Counted from the first letter of the stretch, positions 21,254 through 32,134 are shown. The stretch: DNA of 64,000 nucleotides from an uncultured Chloroflexia bacterium (GCA_963766735.1 CAVYBU010000006.1:32001-96000); one strand, 5' to 3'. The notes: generated from the sequence alone by a model not told the origin. A program made the numbers and translations.

Positions 21254-22888
21254 ATGAGCGCCGACGCAGCCACCGCCTCCCGATCGGCCGCGCCGGACCC
21301 CGCCGCGGCCCCCGTCGTCATCATCGGGGCCGGCCTTGCCGGCGTGACGGTCGCCCTGCGCCTTGCGGATCGATACCCGGTCGTCCTGCTTGCCAAGCGC
21401 AGCTTCGAGGAGGCCGGCACGGCCTGGGCCCAGGGCGGCATCGTGGGCGTCCTGGGCGACGATGACAGCGTCGCGCTGCACGTGCAGGACACGCAGGCGG
21501 CCGGCGCCGGCCTCGTCGACGAGCATGCCGCGGAGTTCATCGCCGAGCACAGCCGCGAGGCCATCCAGTGGCTCGTCGACCAGGGCGTGCCGTTCACGAA
21601 GGACCCGGCGGGCCCCCTGGGACTCCACCTGACGCGCGAGGGCGGCCATGCCGTCCGGCGCATCGCCCACGCCGCCGACGCGACGGGCCGCGCGATCCTC
21701 GACGTGCTCGTTGCCCGCGCCCGGCTCCACCCGAACATCACGATGCGGGAGCGCTGGATGGCGGTGGATCTCGTGACATCCCGGCACGTCGGGCGCGACG
21801 AGTCCCCGCGGTGCTACGGCGTCTACGTGCTGGACATGGATACCGGGCGGGTGGAGACGCTGCCGGCCGCGGCCGTCGTGCTCGCCACCGGCGGCGTCGG
21901 CAAGGTGTACCGCTACACGACGAACCCGGAGACCTCCACCGGTGACGGGATCGCGATGGCGTGGCGGGCCGGCTGCCGGGTGGGGAACATGGAGTTCATC
22001 CAGTTCCATCCGACCTGTCTCTACCACCCCGAGGAGCGCAGCTTCCTGATCAGCGAGGCGCTCCGCGGCGAGGGCGCCCACCTGACGCTGCCCGACGGCA
22101 CGCGGTTCATGGCGGCCCACGACCCGCGCCTCGAGCTGGCGCCGCGCGACATCGTCGCCCGGGCGATCGACTTCGAGATGAAGAAGCACGGCCTGGACCA
22201 CGTCTGGCTGGACGCGACGCACCTGGGCGAGGCCTTCCTGGTCGAGCACTTCCCCACGATCCATGCGCGGTGTCTCGAGCTCGGCATCGACATCGCACGG
22301 CAGCCGATCCCCGTTGTGCCCGCCGCGCACTACACCTGCGGCGGCGTGGTCACCGACCTCGACGGACGCACGGACCTGCCGGGGCTTTACGCCGTCGGCG
22401 AGACCGCCCACACGGGGCTGCACGGCGCCAACCGGCTAGCCAGCAACTCGCTGCTCGAGTGCGTCGTCATCGGCCAGTCCTGTGCCGCCCGTATCGAGAG
22501 CGAGCCGCCGGGCGACGCGGCGGTGCTCCCCCACTGGGACGAGAGCCGCGTGGAGAACGCCGACGAGCAGGTCGTCATCTCGCACAACTGGGACGAGCTG
22601 CGGCTGGTGATGTGGAACTACGTCGGCATCGTGCGGACCACCAAGCGGCTCGACAGGGCGCTTCGCAGGATCCACCTCCTGAGCGCGGAGATCGACGAGT
22701 ACTACGCCTCCTTCCGCGTCACCCGTGACCTGCTGGAGCTGCGCAACCTCGTGGTCTGCGCGGAGCTCGTCGTCCGGTCCGCGCTGGAGCGCCACGAGAG
22801 CCGCGGCCTGCACTACAGCCGCGACTACCCGTACACGCTCCCGGCCAGCTTCCCGACGATCCTGATCAAGGGACCGCGCGAGGCCTGA
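21254..22888 (+). CDS. nadB: L-aspartate oxidase
   Basis: [42 protein letters not shown] and ESRGLHY. Confidence 0.96.
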   Translation: MSADAATASRSAAPDPAAAPVVIIGAGLAGVTVALRLADRYPVVLLAKRSFEEAGTAWAQGGIVGVLGDDDSVALHVQDTQAAGAGLVDEHAAEFIAEHSREAIQWLVDQGVPFTKDPAGPLGLHLTREGGHAVRRIAHAADATGRAILDVLVARARLHPNITMRERWMAVDLVTSRHVGRDESPRCYGVYVLDMDTGRVETLPAAAVVLATGGVGKVYRYTTNPETSTGDGIAMAWRAGCRVGNMEFIQFHPTCLYHPEERSFLISEALRGEGAHLTLPDGTRFMAAHDPRLELAPRDIVARAIDFEMKKHGLDHVWLDATHLGEAFLVEHFPTIHARCLELGIDIARQPIPVVPAAHYTCGGVVTDLDGRTDLPGLYAVGETAHTGLHGANRLASNSLLECVVIGQSCAARIESEPPGDAAVLPHWDESRVENADEQVVISHNWDELRLVMWNYVGIVRTTKRLDRALRRIHLLSAEIDEYYASFRVTRDLLELRNLVVCAELVVRSALERHESRGLHYSRDYPYTLPASFPTILIKGPREA

Positions 22889-22912
22889 GGCGAGGACCGC
22901 GCGACGTCTGGG

Positions 22913-22948
22913 GCCGGGCCCCGGCGAGGTTTGATCCTGGGGCCCGGC
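22913..22948. terminator. GC-rich hairpin between convergent nadB and nadC
   Basis: GCCGGGCCCC...GGGGCCCGGC inverted repeat. Confidence 0.5.
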
Positions 22949-22979
22949 GACGGCCGGGCGACGTCTGAGGCGGAGGCCG

Positions 22980-23849
22980 CTACACGCGGCGCATCGAGTA
23001 GTCGATCGCCCGCACGTCCTTGGTCAGGGCGCCAACCGAGATGCGGTCGACGCCCGTCGCCGCGATCTCGCGGAGCCGGTCCAGGGTCACGCCGCCCGAG
23101 ACCTCCAGGAGCGCCCGTCCAGCGGTCAGGACCACTGCCTCGCGCACGCGATCGAGCGGGAAGTTGTCCAGCAGGATGCTGGTGGCGCCCGCCTCAAGCG
23201 CCTCGCTCAGCTGGTCCAGGCGCTCCACCTCGACCTGGATCTCAACCCCGGCCCGCAGCGCGAACGCCCGCTCCAAGGCCGCCGTGACGCCCCCCGCCGA
23301 TGCGATGTGGTTCTCCTTGATCAGGATCCCGTCCCACAGGGCGATGCGCTGGTTCGTCCCGCCGCCGGCTCGGACCGCGTACTTCTGGGCCAGGCGCAGG
23401 CCCGGCATCGTCTTGCGCGTGTCGAGGATCGCGCAGCCGCGCGGGTTGGGCGAGGCACCCTCTATCGCGCGCACGTGGCGTCGGGTAATGGTCGCCGTGC
23501 CCGACAACAGCTGCAGGAAGTTGAGCGCCGGGCGCTCGGCCGTGAGCAGCGCGCGGGCGTCAGCGTGCACCTCGCAGACCACCGTGTCGGCCGCCATGTC
23601 GTCGCCATCCGCGTAGCGCCAGTCGATCCGCGCGCCGGGGTCGATGGCCCCGAAACACTCCTCGAACCAGTCCCGCCCGCACAGGACGGCCTGCTCGCGG
23701 ACGCGGACCCTCGCCGTGGCCGGGCCCGGCGGGACCAGGCGCGCGGTCCAGTCGCCGGTCCCGACGTCCTCGCGCAGCGCGTCGCGCACGTTGCGAGCCC
23801 GCGCCTCCTCGAGCGTCTCGTTCTCGAGCTCCGGGATGAACGCCTCCAT
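22980..23849 (-). CDS. nadC: Quinolinate phosphoribosyltransferase
   Basis: ERPALNFLQLLSG, DTRKTMPGLR, LIKENH, LLDN and EVSGG. Confidence 0.96.
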   Translation of the reverse strand: MEAFIPELENETLEEARARNVRDALREDVGTGDWTARLVPPGPATARVRVREQAVLCGRDWFEECFGAIDPGARIDWRYADGDDMAADTVVCEVHADARALLTAERPALNFLQLLSGTATITRRHVRAIEGASPNPRGCAILDTRKTMPGLRLAQKYAVRAGGGTNQRIALWDGILIKENHIASAGGVTAALERAFALRAGVEIQVEVERLDQLSEALEAGATSILLDNFPLDRVREAVVLTAGRALLEVSGGVTLDRLREIAATGVDRISVGALTKDVRAIDYSMRRV

Positions 23850-23859
23850 GCCGGCGGGC

Positions 23860-24972
23860 TCAGGCCGAGCCGATGTGGGGCACGAACCCGTGCCGGGGCG
23901 CGATCAGGCTGTCCGGGTTGGCCGCGACGAATGCCAGCATCCGCTCGATGCATCCCTGGGCGAGGGCGCGGGTCGGCTCGGGGACGAGGATCTCGCCCGT
24001 CCCGCGCTCGAGGCAGTTGATGACGCCCTCCACGGCGTTCATGGCCATCCACGGACAGTGCGCGCAGCTCTTGCAGGTGGCGCTGGTGCCCGCAGTGGGG
24101 GCCTCGATCAGCGTCTTGTCGGGCGCCAGCTGGCCCATCCGGTGGAAGATCCCGTTGTCGGTCGCGACGATGTACTCGCGGGCATCTCCTTCGACCACCG
24201 CCTTCAGCAGCTGGGTCGTCGAGCCGACGACGTCTGCCTGGGCCACGACGTCCTCGGGCGATTCGGGGTGGACCAGGACCTGAGCGTCGGGGTGCTCCTC
24301 GCGCAGGAGGGACAGCTCGATGCCCTTGAACTCGTCGTGCACGATGCAGCTGCCGTTCCAGCTCAGCATGTCCGCGCCGGTCTCGCGCGCGATGTAGGCG
24401 CCGAGGTGTCGATCGGGCGCCCACAGGATCTTCTGGCCCGCTTCCGCCAGGTGACGCACGACCGCCAGCGCGCAGGAGCTGGTCACCATCCAGTCGGCGC
24501 GCGCCTTCACGGCCGCGCTCGTGTTCGCGTAGACCACGACGGTCCGGTCCGGGTTCGCGTCACAGAACGCCGCGAATTCCTCCGGCGGACAGCCGAGATC
24601 CAGGGAGCAGGTCGCGTCGATGTCGGGCACGAGAACGCGCTTCTCGGGGCTCAGGATCTTGGCGGTCTCGCCCATGAAGCGGACGCCCGCGACGACCAGC
24701 GTGCTGGCCGGATGATCGCGCCCGAAACGGGCCATCTCGAGCGAATCCGAGACGCAGCCGCCGGTCTCGAGGGCGAGGTCCTGGACGTCGCCGTCGACGT
24801 AGACGTGGGCCACCAGGACGGCATCGTGGGCCTTGATCAGGGCGGCGGCCCGCTCCTTCAGCTCCGCACGCTGGGCGGGCGTCGGCACGACGGGGACCTT
24901 CGCCCACGCGAGGTCGATCCGATCCGAGCCGTCGGGGTTGGGCCGCAGGTACTCGATCTGCTTTGTCTGCAT
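23860..24972 (-). CDS. nadA: Quinolinate synthase
   Basis: [39 protein letters not shown] and [10 protein letters not shown]. Confidence 0.96.
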   Translation of the reverse strand: MQTKQIEYLRPNPDGSDRIDLAWAKVPVVPTPAQRAELKERAAALIKAHDAVLVAHVYVDGDVQDLALETGGCVSDSLEMARFGRDHPASTLVVAGVRFMGETAKILSPEKRVLVPDIDATCSLDLGCPPEEFAAFCDANPDRTVVVYANTSAAVKARADWMVTSSCALAVVRHLAEAGQKILWAPDRHLGAYIARETGADMLSWNGSCIVHDEFKGIELSLLREEHPDAQVLVHPESPEDVVAQADVVGSTTQLLKAVVEGDAREYIVATDNGIFHRMGQLAPDKTLIEAPTAGTSATCKSCAHCPWMAMNAVEGVINCLERGTGEILVPEPTRALAQGCIERMLAFVAANPDSLIAPRHGFVPHIGSA

Positions 24973-25069
24973 GGTTCCGGTTCGCTCGGTGCGGGATGGG
25001 CGGCGCCTGCGCGCGGCGGGACGATCGTACCCCGCGACTGCCCGGGTGTCCGCCGGCCGTCCTGGCCGC

Positions 25070-25867
25070 TCAGTCTCCCAGGAGGAGCGTGTCCAGACCC
25101 CGAACGAGACCCACGACATCAGGCACTGCCCGAACGGCGAGCAGCGTGCCGGAGACGTAGGGGGTTGCGCTGCTCCCCGCGTCGTGGCGAATGGAGAGGC
25201 GCTCGTCGAACTGAGCGAAGATGACCTCGGTGGACAGCACGAAGCCTGGCAGCCGCAGCGAGTGGACCTGCGTGCCACCGATGCCGGCGCCACGCGCCTC
25301 GGGGTAGCCCAGGGTCTCGGCGACCGGAACCGCCAGGGGGTGCATGGACACCTGCCCGAGGCGTTCGGCCAGCTCGCGCGCGGTGCCACTCGGGGAGTCC
25401 GGCTTGCCCGCAGAGGCGTAGTCGATGATCTCGCGCTGCGGCAGGAACCGGGCCGCCAGGAGCGCCGCTGCCTGGGCCATCGCGGCCGTCAGGGAGAAGT
25501 TCCCCGCGGCCACCACGCCAACGCCCGCGGCCCGGGCGGCTGCGTCGATGTCAGCGAAGTCCGACGCCGACAGGCCGCTCGTGCCGATGACGACGTGGAC
25601 TCCCGCCCCGATGGCCGCCATCGCATGGTCCTTGGTCGCCCCCGGGGCGGTGTAGTCGACGAGCACGTCGATGCCGGCCAGCGCCTGGGTGACGTCGCCA
25701 ACTACCGTCACTCCGACCGGCGCCTGGCCCCACGCCTCGCCCAGGTCGCGACCCGCCGCGGATCGGGAGACCGCGCCCCGCAGGACAAGGTCCTCGGAGG
25801 TCAGGACGGCCTCGGCGACGGCCCGGCCGGCCCACCCCGTGGCTCCGGCAACACAGACGGTGGTCAT
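25070..25867 (-). CDS. dapB: 4-hydroxy-tetrahydrodipicolinate reductase
   Basis: [33 protein letters not shown] and HSLRLPG. Confidence 0.87.
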   Translation of the reverse strand: MTTVCVAGATGWAGRAVAEAVLTSEDLVLRGAVSRSAAGRDLGEAWGQAPVGVTVVGDVTQALAGIDVLVDYTAPGATKDHAMAAIGAGVHVVIGTSGLSASDFADIDAAARAAGVGVVAAGNFSLTAAMAQAAALLAARFLPQREIIDYASAGKPDSPSGTARELAERLGQVSMHPLAVPVAETLGYPEARGAGIGGTQVHSLRLPGFVLSTEVIFAQFDERLSIRHDAGSSATPYVSGTLLAVRAVPDVVGLVRGLDTLLLGD

Positions 25868-25998
25868 GAACGTTCCTCCGGGACGGGCGCCTTGATCGAC
25901 GGCGAGTGGAGGCTAGCACTCCGTCAGGCGGCGGAGTCGCTGGGGGACAGGGCGAACTGCCGCACCCCAGGCATCGGCTCGGGTCGCGTGCGTGACGA

Positions 25999-26403
25999 TC
26001 AGGGCTCCCAGATGGTCAGTCCCACATGCGGCGCCATGAGCGCGAAGTCACGGTCGGTCGAGAGCATGACGAGGTCGTGGCGAACGCACAGCTGAGCAAG
26101 CAGCGCGTCGATCGTGCCGACCTGGATCCCACTCCGGCGGCAGGCGTTCCTTGACTCGGCTGCCTCGACGTGGTCGGTCCTGTCGGGGATGAGCAGCGGC
26201 AGCGACGAGAAGCGATCGACGATAGCGTCGCGGGCCGTGGGCCCTCGAAAGCCCTGGAGCAGCTCCTGGAGCACGAGCCCGGTCGTGAAGACGCCCTCAC
26301 CACCATCGAGAGCATCACGCAGGCGCCGGACGCTCGGCTCGCCACCGGTCTCGTTACGTCGCAGCGCCAGCGACCAGACGCTCGTGTCAACGAAGAGATT
26401 CAC
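25999..26403 (-). CDS. vapC: PIN-domain VapC toxin
   Basis: VDTSVW, QELLQG, DALLA and TDRDF acidic PIN residues; GTGA overlap with the antitoxin. Confidence 0.9.
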   Translation of the reverse strand: MNLFVDTSVWSLALRRNETGGEPSVRRLRDALDGGEGVFTTGLVLQELLQGFRGPTARDAIVDRFSSLPLLIPDRTDHVEAAESRNACRRSGIQVGTIDALLAQLCVRHDLVMLSTDRDFALMAPHVGLTIWEP

Positions 26404-26600
26404 GAACGCGAGCGCTCTTCCTTGTAGTCGTATTCCGGATCCCAATCCAGGGCACCGAAGAGCTCAACAAGCCGCTTCTGCTCATGGCGAGCGACGAACT
26501 CGCGCAAGGCTCGCGTGACCGCGGCTGTCTTGGTGCGCTCACCACTCACCTTGACGGCCCGATCCAGAAGGCGTGGGTCGATATCGAGGTTGGTCGGCAT
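26400..26600 (-). CDS. vapB: VapB antitoxin
   Basis: MPTNLDIDPRLL...TKTAAVTRALREFV RHH-type VapB directly upstream of the PIN gene. Confidence 0.88.
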   Translation of the reverse strand: MPTNLDIDPRLLDRAVKVSGERTKTAAVTRALREFVARHEQKRLVELFGALDWDPEYDYKEERSRS

Positions 26601-26703
26601 GTGCGGATCGTCGCACATACGTCCGCACAAGGTCAACCGGTTCGAGAGCCGCGCAGCTCTTCGCGGGGCTCGCCGGCATTGGGTCGGTCCCGGCGCGCCG
26701 TCG

Positions 26704-27090
26704 TCAGACGCGGATCACCCGGAGCCCCGGGACGTCGACGTGGTCGTCGTCCTGCGTCACGAGCGGGATGTCGAGCGCGATCGCCGTCGCCGCGATCCAG
26801 GAGTCGTTGACCGCCATCCTCCGGCCACTGTCACGAAGCGCGACCCGAAGACGGGCCCAGGCTGCCGCGACATCGTCATCCACGGGCACCGGGCTCAGAG
26901 CGAGGACCGCGGTGAGGGTGGCGAGGCGACGGTCGCGCGTCTCGAGGTCCTGGGCCGCGAGGACCCCGGCCCGGAGCTCGCCCAACGTGATGACCGAGAC
27001 GGCGAGCCGGTCCGGCAGCATGTCGGTCCGCACCGGCCGACCGCTCTCATGGGCGATGAAGATGCTCGTGTCGGCGAGCCCGTCGCTCAC
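26704..27090 (-). CDS. vapC: PIN-domain VapC toxin (VapC5-like)
   Basis: DTSIFIAHESGR, ITLGEL, NDSWIAATA and TQDDD. Confidence 0.9.
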   Translation of the reverse strand: MSDGLADTSIFIAHESGRPVRTDMLPDRLAVSVITLGELRAGVLAAQDLETRDRRLATLTAVLALSPVPVDDDVAAAWARLRVALRDSGRRMAVNDSWIAATAIALDIPLVTQDDDHVDVPGLRVIRV

Positions 27091-27410
27091 GGGACCGGCT
27101 CGTCGTCGGTGGTGCCCGGCGCAAGGTCGCGAAGCTCGAGGCGAAGCCCCGCGTCCGCCTGGCGGCGGAGGATGGACCCGATGAACGCATCACGATCGAT
27201 CCATCTCGGCCGTTCCAGGGATGGTCCCTGCGGCTGGTGCCCGGGCAGGTCGGGGGCGAGAGCCTGGGGCGCCTCGGCCACCTGGTGGCGGGCGATCACC
27301 GCGTCGATCCCAGCTCTGACCAGGTGGGCCCCACTGCGACCTTCTGCCGCCGCGGTGCGCTCCAGAGCGGCCTTCTGCTCGGTGGTGAGGTAGACGGTCG
27401 TCTTCTCCAT
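27087..27410 (-). CDS. RHH/CopG-type antitoxin
   Basis: MEKTTVYLT...L...A..EGRS.A.LVR; GTGA overlap with vapC. Confidence 0.8.
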   Translation of the reverse strand: MEKTTVYLTTEQKAALERTAAAEGRSGAHLVRAGIDAVIARHQVAEAPQALAPDLPGHQPQGPSLERPRWIDRDAFIGSILRRQADAGLRLELRDLAPGTTDDEPVP

Positions 27411-27605
27411 GCCACCCATTCTGCCATATGTAGCTGGCAACCTGCGGGCGGGTGCGCCCCGCGGCCGGCCGGCCTGCCACGGACCGTGGTCGACGCCGTG
27501 CCCGCCCACTCGACCAACGCTGGCAGGGGATCCGGCCCGCGAGGAAGATCCTCCGCCGTGCGACGATTGGGCGTGTCCACCGATCGCCCGTCAGCGCGAC
27601 GCCGG

Positions 27606-28919
27606 ATGTCGCCGCTCGCGTCACTGCGCGCCTTGCCCAGCGAGTTTCCGCGCGTCGTGCTGGTCCTGGCCGCCGGCGATCTCGTCGCGAGCTTCGGCTT
27701 CAGCCTGTTCTTCCCGTTTCTGACGATCTACCTCGTCCAGACACTCGGCGCGTCGGCCGCCCAGGCCGGCCTGGTCGTCGCCGCGTACTCGATCTTCTCG
27801 GTCGTCTCGGGGATCGCGGGAGGCTGGCTGGCGGATCGGATCGGCCGCCGCCCGGTGCTCATCGGCTCGATCTCGTGTACGGCAATCCTCGTGCTCTCCA
27901 TGGCCATGGTGTCCGAGGTGTGGCACGTCGCGCTGGTCATGCTCCTCCTCGGCCTCATCGACCCCGCGTTCGTCCCGGCCGCCCGGGCAGCGGTCGCCGA
28001 CACGGTCGAGGAGCCACGGCGGCCCAGGGCATTCGGCCTGCTCAGCGTTGCCAACGCGATCGGCTGGATCGCCGGACCGATCATCGGCGCCGGCCTGTCC
28101 TCGTTCGGCTACCCCCTGCTGTTCGGCATCAGCGGCGTCCTGGTCGGGACCTACTCCGTCATCGCGTACCGATGGCTCCCCGAGACCCGCCCGGCGCGGG
28201 CTGCCCCGCCCGTGCACGAGGATGCGGATGGGTCTCTGGCTCCGGACGTGCGCACCATGCCCGGCCCGCCCGACCCGAACAGGGGGCTCCGACTCAGGAT
28301 CTTCGTGGCGCTGCTCCCGCTGCTCGCGATCACGCACGGGCTCACGTTCCTGTGGGTGACCACGCTGCCGATCTACGCTGCCGTCAGCCTGGGGCTCCCC
28401 ACTCCGGTCTGGGGGCTCCTGTTCGGGCTCAACGGGCTCCTCATCGTCCTGTTCCAGCTCCGGATCGCGACCGCGACCGAGCGGCGATCGAAGCCCCGGG
28501 TCATGGCCGTTGCGGTCTGCCTCTACGCCGGCGGGCTGGCGCCCGTCGCGCTGCTGTCGCCCTCAACCGCGGTCGTCGGCCTCGCGGTCGCGATCGCCCT
28601 CGTCACCCTGGGCGAGATGCTGCTCATGCCCGTCGTGGCCGCCTTCGTGTCCGACCTCTCGCCCGTGAGCCGGCGCGGAACGTACCAGGGGGTCGCCCTC
28701 GCGGCCGGCAGCATCGGGTCCGGGATCGGGCCGCCGGTCGCCGGGTTCGCCCTGGACGCGTCCCATGGTCAGGGGCTGTGGCTGGTCGCGGCCGCCATCC
28801 TCGCGGTTGTCGGCCTGGGCTTCCTCGTGCTCGCGAGGTGGACGGACAGGCTGCCCGCGGCGGACGCCTCGACGACCAGAACGGCTGCTCCCGGCATCGG
28901 CCCGTTGCCCGCGGGGTGA
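27606..28919 (+). CDS. MFS transporter (12 TM)
   Basis: Motif A GWLADRIGRR and 12 hydrophobic segments. Confidence 0.9.
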   Translation: MSPLASLRALPSEFPRVVLVLAAGDLVASFGFSLFFPFLTIYLVQTLGASAAQAGLVVAAYSIFSVVSGIAGGWLADRIGRRPVLIGSISCTAILVLSMAMVSEVWHVALVMLLLGLIDPAFVPAARAAVADTVEEPRRPRAFGLLSVANAIGWIAGPIIGAGLSSFGYPLLFGISGVLVGTYSVIAYRWLPETRPARAAPPVHEDADGSLAPDVRTMPGPPDPNRGLRLRIFVALLPLLAITHGLTFLWVTTLPIYAAVSLGLPTPVWGLLFGLNGLLIVLFQLRIATATERRSKPRVMAVAVCLYAGGLAPVALLSPSTAVVGLAVAIALVTLGEMLLMPVVAAFVSDLSPVSRRGTYQGVALAAGSIGSGIGPPVAGFALDASHGQGLWLVAAAILAVVGLGFLVLARWTDRLPAADASTTRTAAPGIGPLPAG

Positions 28920-29069
28920 TGCGTCCCAGATCCAGTCGCCTCCTCGCTGAATGTCCTGCACGACATGATCACGCCGGATCGCGATAGCCAGCAGGTGGAC
29001 CTGGTCTACCCGGTTCTCATCGACCTGATGTCCCGGCCCTGACGGGCCAGCATGTTGCTGACTCTCGCA

Positions 29070-29099
29070 TAGACACGCATCTGCAGATACGTCTAGAAT
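29070..29099 (+). promoter_or_regulatory. Promoter with palindromic operator (likely MarR site)
   Basis: TAGACA-18 bp-TAGAAT. Near-perfect palindrome ACGCATCTGCAGATACGT (29075-29092) lies in the spacer, with marR downstream. Confidence 0.6.
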
Positions 29100-29137
29100 G
29101 CGGGACCTGCCCCACCCAAAGCATTGGAGTTGACATC

Positions 29138-29530
29138 ATGAGCGGACGACCCCTGGGAATCACCATCATCGCCATCATCCTGGCCGTCAGCGGCGTGTTC
29201 CAGGTCCTGGTCGGGACCGAGGCCCTCGGCGTCACCGGCTTCCTCGGCCTCGGCGCGGCGGCGGACTCCGCCGGCGTGAGCGGGTGGGCGTCGGTGATCG
29301 GCGGCGTGCTCTCGATCATCGTCGCGGGCGGCATGTTCACCCTCGCGGGCTGGGCCTGGATGCTTGCCGTCGTCGTCCTGGCCATTCGGATCGCCGTCGA
29401 CGTGTTCGCTGTGGTGACCCACGGAGCCGGTTCGACGCTCGGGATCAGCGCGGTCACGAACGTCGTCATCTCCGCCGTCATCCTGTGGTACTTCACGCGC
29501 CCGGGCGTCAAGGCGGCCTTCGGCCGCTGA
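29138..29530 (+). CDS. Small 4-TM membrane protein (RPxGIT family)
   Basis: GGAG RBS; RPLGITIIA...WAWMLAV...Y....VKAAF. Confidence 0.8.
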   Translation: MSGRPLGITIIAIILAVSGVFQVLVGTEALGVTGFLGLGAAADSAGVSGWASVIGGVLSIIVAGGMFTLAGWAWMLAVVVLAIRIAVDVFAVVTHGAGSTLGISAVTNVVISAVILWYFTRPGVKAAFGR

Positions 29531-29583
29531 CCACGTCGGGACAACCGGGAGGTCACTCTCGGTGGTCCGGTACCCTCACCGGG

Positions 29584-30045
29584 ATGGGAAGCTCGATCAC
29601 ACCTGACTCCTCCGCGAGGCGCGCCGTAGGTGCTCCTCGCGATGTCCGGGCGGTACGCGGCCTGCGGGTCCTCGTGCTCCTGGGCGCCTTCGGGCACCAG
29701 GCGCACGAGGCGCTGGTCGAGCAGTCCCGAAACCCTGACCTCGTGACCAACGCCCAGGTGGTGGCTGTCTGCGAGCTCGCGCTGCGCGGTCCCCTCCGGC
29801 CCATGGACCTGCAGGCTGCAGCGGCCCTCACCAGCGGCGGTACCACCAAGCTGCTCGACCGTCTCGAGGAGCTGGGTCTGGTCGAGCGTGCCTACGGCCA
29901 GATCGAGGGCGACCGTCGCGGCATCGTCGTCTCGCTCACGCCCGAGGGACACGAGGCCGCGGCGAACATGTCGGCTGCGCTCGAGGCGCGGATCGACACC
30001 GTCTCAGCGCTCAGCAACCAGCTCGCCGAGCTGCTCGGGGAGTAG
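29584..30045 (+). CDS. MarR-family transcriptional regulator
   Basis: LTSGGTTKLLDRLEELGLVER...DRRGIVVSLTPEG. Confidence 0.88.
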   Translation: MGSSITPDSSARRAVGAPRDVRAVRGLRVLVLLGAFGHQAHEALVEQSRNPDLVTNAQVVAVCELALRGPLRPMDLQAAAALTSGGTTKLLDRLEELGLVERAYGQIEGDRRGIVVSLTPEGHEAAANMSAALEARIDTVSALSNQLAELLGE

Positions 30046-30170
30046 CCAGGACAGCCGGCAGGGGCACCCGCGCCCGGGTACTCGAGGCGGCGATCCCGGT
30101 GAGCTCGCGGTCAGACTGACGGCCACCGCATGGCGATTGGCGCTATACAGAGGAGACCCGGGGTGACCAG

Positions 30171-31280
30171 GTGAAGCGATCCCTGCTCGGTGCGCGACGC
30201 GACCACGCCGAGCGCTACCTGTTCCTGACAATCGCGGCGTTCGCGATCACCGTTGCCCTGACCCGCTGGTATCTCGATCTCACGGGCTACCCCAAGATCG
30301 GCGGAGGAGGGCTGCACGTCGCCCACATGCTGTGGGGCGGCTTGCTCCTGATCGTGGCGGCGCTCCTGCCCCTGTTGTTCGTCGGCCGGCGCATGCTCAT
30401 CGTGTCATCGGTAGCCGCCGGCATCGGCGTGGGCCTGTTCATCGACGAGGTGGGCAAGTTCATCACCGAGACGAATGACTACTTCTTCGCGCCGGCAGCG
30501 CCGCTGATCTACGGCGCCCTGCTGCTGCTGGTTGCGCTGCTGCTCGTCGTCCGGCGCAGCTCGGCCGACTCGGCGCACGACGCGATGCAGGCCTCAGTCG
30601 ATGCCACACGTGATGGTCTGGACGGCCGTCTCAACGCACTTGATCGCGATCGCGTGGTGCGTGGGCTGGCTGGCGCCCTCACATCCGACGATCGATCCGT
30701 CGCCTCCCTCGCAGAGCGGCAGGTGGCACTGCTGACGTCGCCCGAGATGGAGGCGCTCCTGGTCGCGCCGGGCTGGCTAGCCCGGGGCGACGGCCGCGCC
30801 CTGCTCGAACGGGTCCTGCCGCTCAGGCTCGAGCGGGCCCTGGTGCTCATCGGGCTGCTCTGGATGGCCGTCGTCGCCGCGTTCTCCTCGCTGCTGCTCC
30901 TCGCCCTCGCGTGGGTCAACGGACCGCTCGAGATCCCCGTGCCCAAAGGTCCGGTCGAATTCCCGACCGAACCGATGTGGGTCGTGCTGCTGCTGATCAT
31001 CGGGGTGATCGTCGGCATCCTGTGCGGGATTGCCGCGGTGCAGATCCTGCGCCACCGCGAGCGGGCCGGCCTCCGAACGGCGACCGTCGCTGTCCTCGTC
31101 AACCTGGTCGCCGGTGGCCTGCTCACGTTCTACGTCCAGCAGTTCGGCGCCGTGGCGTCCACCATCGAGCAGTTGCTGCTGCTTGGGCTGCTGCTCGATT
31201 ACAGCCGACGGCTGGGTTCTGCCCAGGTGGGCACCGGAACGCCGGGCGACACGCCGAAGCCGAACGACACGCCGACGTGA
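30171..31280 (+). CDS. Hypothetical polytopic membrane protein
   Basis: GLHVAHMLWGG and GLFIDEVGKFIT..NDYFF motifs; about 8 TM segments; AGGAG RBS. Confidence 0.78.
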   Translation: MKRSLLGARRDHAERYLFLTIAAFAITVALTRWYLDLTGYPKIGGGGLHVAHMLWGGLLLIVAALLPLLFVGRRMLIVSSVAAGIGVGLFIDEVGKFITETNDYFFAPAAPLIYGALLLLVALLLVVRRSSADSAHDAMQASVDATRDGLDGRLNALDRDRVVRGLAGALTSDDRSVASLAERQVALLTSPEMEALLVAPGWLARGDGRALLERVLPLRLERALVLIGLLWMAVVAAFSSLLLLALAWVNGPLEIPVPKGPVEFPTEPMWVVLLLIIGVIVGILCGIAAVQILRHRERAGLRTATVAVLVNLVAGGLLTFYVQQFGAVASTIEQLLLLGLLLDYSRRLGSAQVGTGTPGDTPKPNDTPT

Positions 31281-31324
31281 GACGCCTGGCCGCGTCACCC
31301 CTAGGTTGATCAAACGCATCGGGG

Positions 31325-31993
31325 ATGCCTGACGAGATGGACCAGACGATGGGGGACCTGCTCCTCCTGAGCTCCCTGATCGCGGTCGGATTCCTGTTCG
31401 CCGTCGCCTTCTACGAGTCACTGTCGACGCGCGACGTGCTCATCCGTCACACGATGCGCGCGGCCCGCCGGATCTCCTCGCGTCGCTGGTTTGTCGGTGC
31501 CATGTACGTCGCCACCGTGGGCATCGGGATCCCGTTTCTCGTGCTGGTCTGGACCGTGATCCTGGAGCTGGCACTCGTCTTCGTGGGCTCCGTGGACCGC
31601 ATCGGGAATGTCGCCGTCATCGCGGTGGCGATCGTGGCGGCGGCGCGGATCCTCGCCTACGTCCGGGAGAAGACCTCCCACGAGCTTGCCAAGGCCATCC
31701 CGCTCGCCCTGGCCTTCGCGCTGCTCACCGGCGGCACCTTGAGGTTCGAGGAGAACCTCACGCGCATGATCGAGCGGCCGGAGGGTCAGGCCCTGACCGA
31801 GGAGATGATCGTCTTCCTCGTGACCCTCGAGGTCGGCCTCCGGCTGCTGACGGACACGTCGAACGCGGCGCTCGGTGCGATCAGGGAGCGCCGTGGGATC
31901 GACAGCGACCTCGGGGTCTGGCGAACGCTGTTGTCGGCGATCAAGCGTCCCGTCGCACCGCCGGTGCCGGCCGAGGATTCATTTGGCTCATGA
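31325..31993 (+). CDS. Hypothetical membrane protein
   Basis: Several TM segments; RILAY.E..SHELAKAIP motif. Confidence 0.7.
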   Translation: MPDEMDQTMGDLLLLSSLIAVGFLFAVAFYESLSTRDVLIRHTMRAARRISSRRWFVGAMYVATVGIGIPFLVLVWTVILELALVFVGSVDRIGNVAVIAVAIVAAARILAYVREKTSHELAKAIPLALAFALLTGGTLRFEENLTRMIERPEGQALTEEMIVFLVTLEVGLRLLTDTSNAALGAIRERRGIDSDLGVWRTLLSAIKRPVAPPVPAEDSFGS

Positions 31994-32134
31994 GCCTCCT
32001 CCGCCCGGTCCGCGAGACGGTCACGACGTCGGCCAGCCTGGCCGCCAGCCAGGTTCGAAAGACACGGCACCACCTGCTGCTCGCCTGGCTCCTGCAGGCG
32101 GCCATCATCCTCGTCGGCTGGTCCGGGCCGCGGG

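Noticed and set aside
20120-22423. 767-aa antisense ORF and many similar long shadow ORFs (e.g. 34818-36404, 45128-46723, 49528-51153)
   Set aside because: They overlap well-supported genes on the opposite strand, carry no motifs, and are expected from high GC3.
25924-25998. Possible C-terminal remnant of another PIN gene (PMPGVRQF...)
   Set aside because: Too short and degenerate to support.
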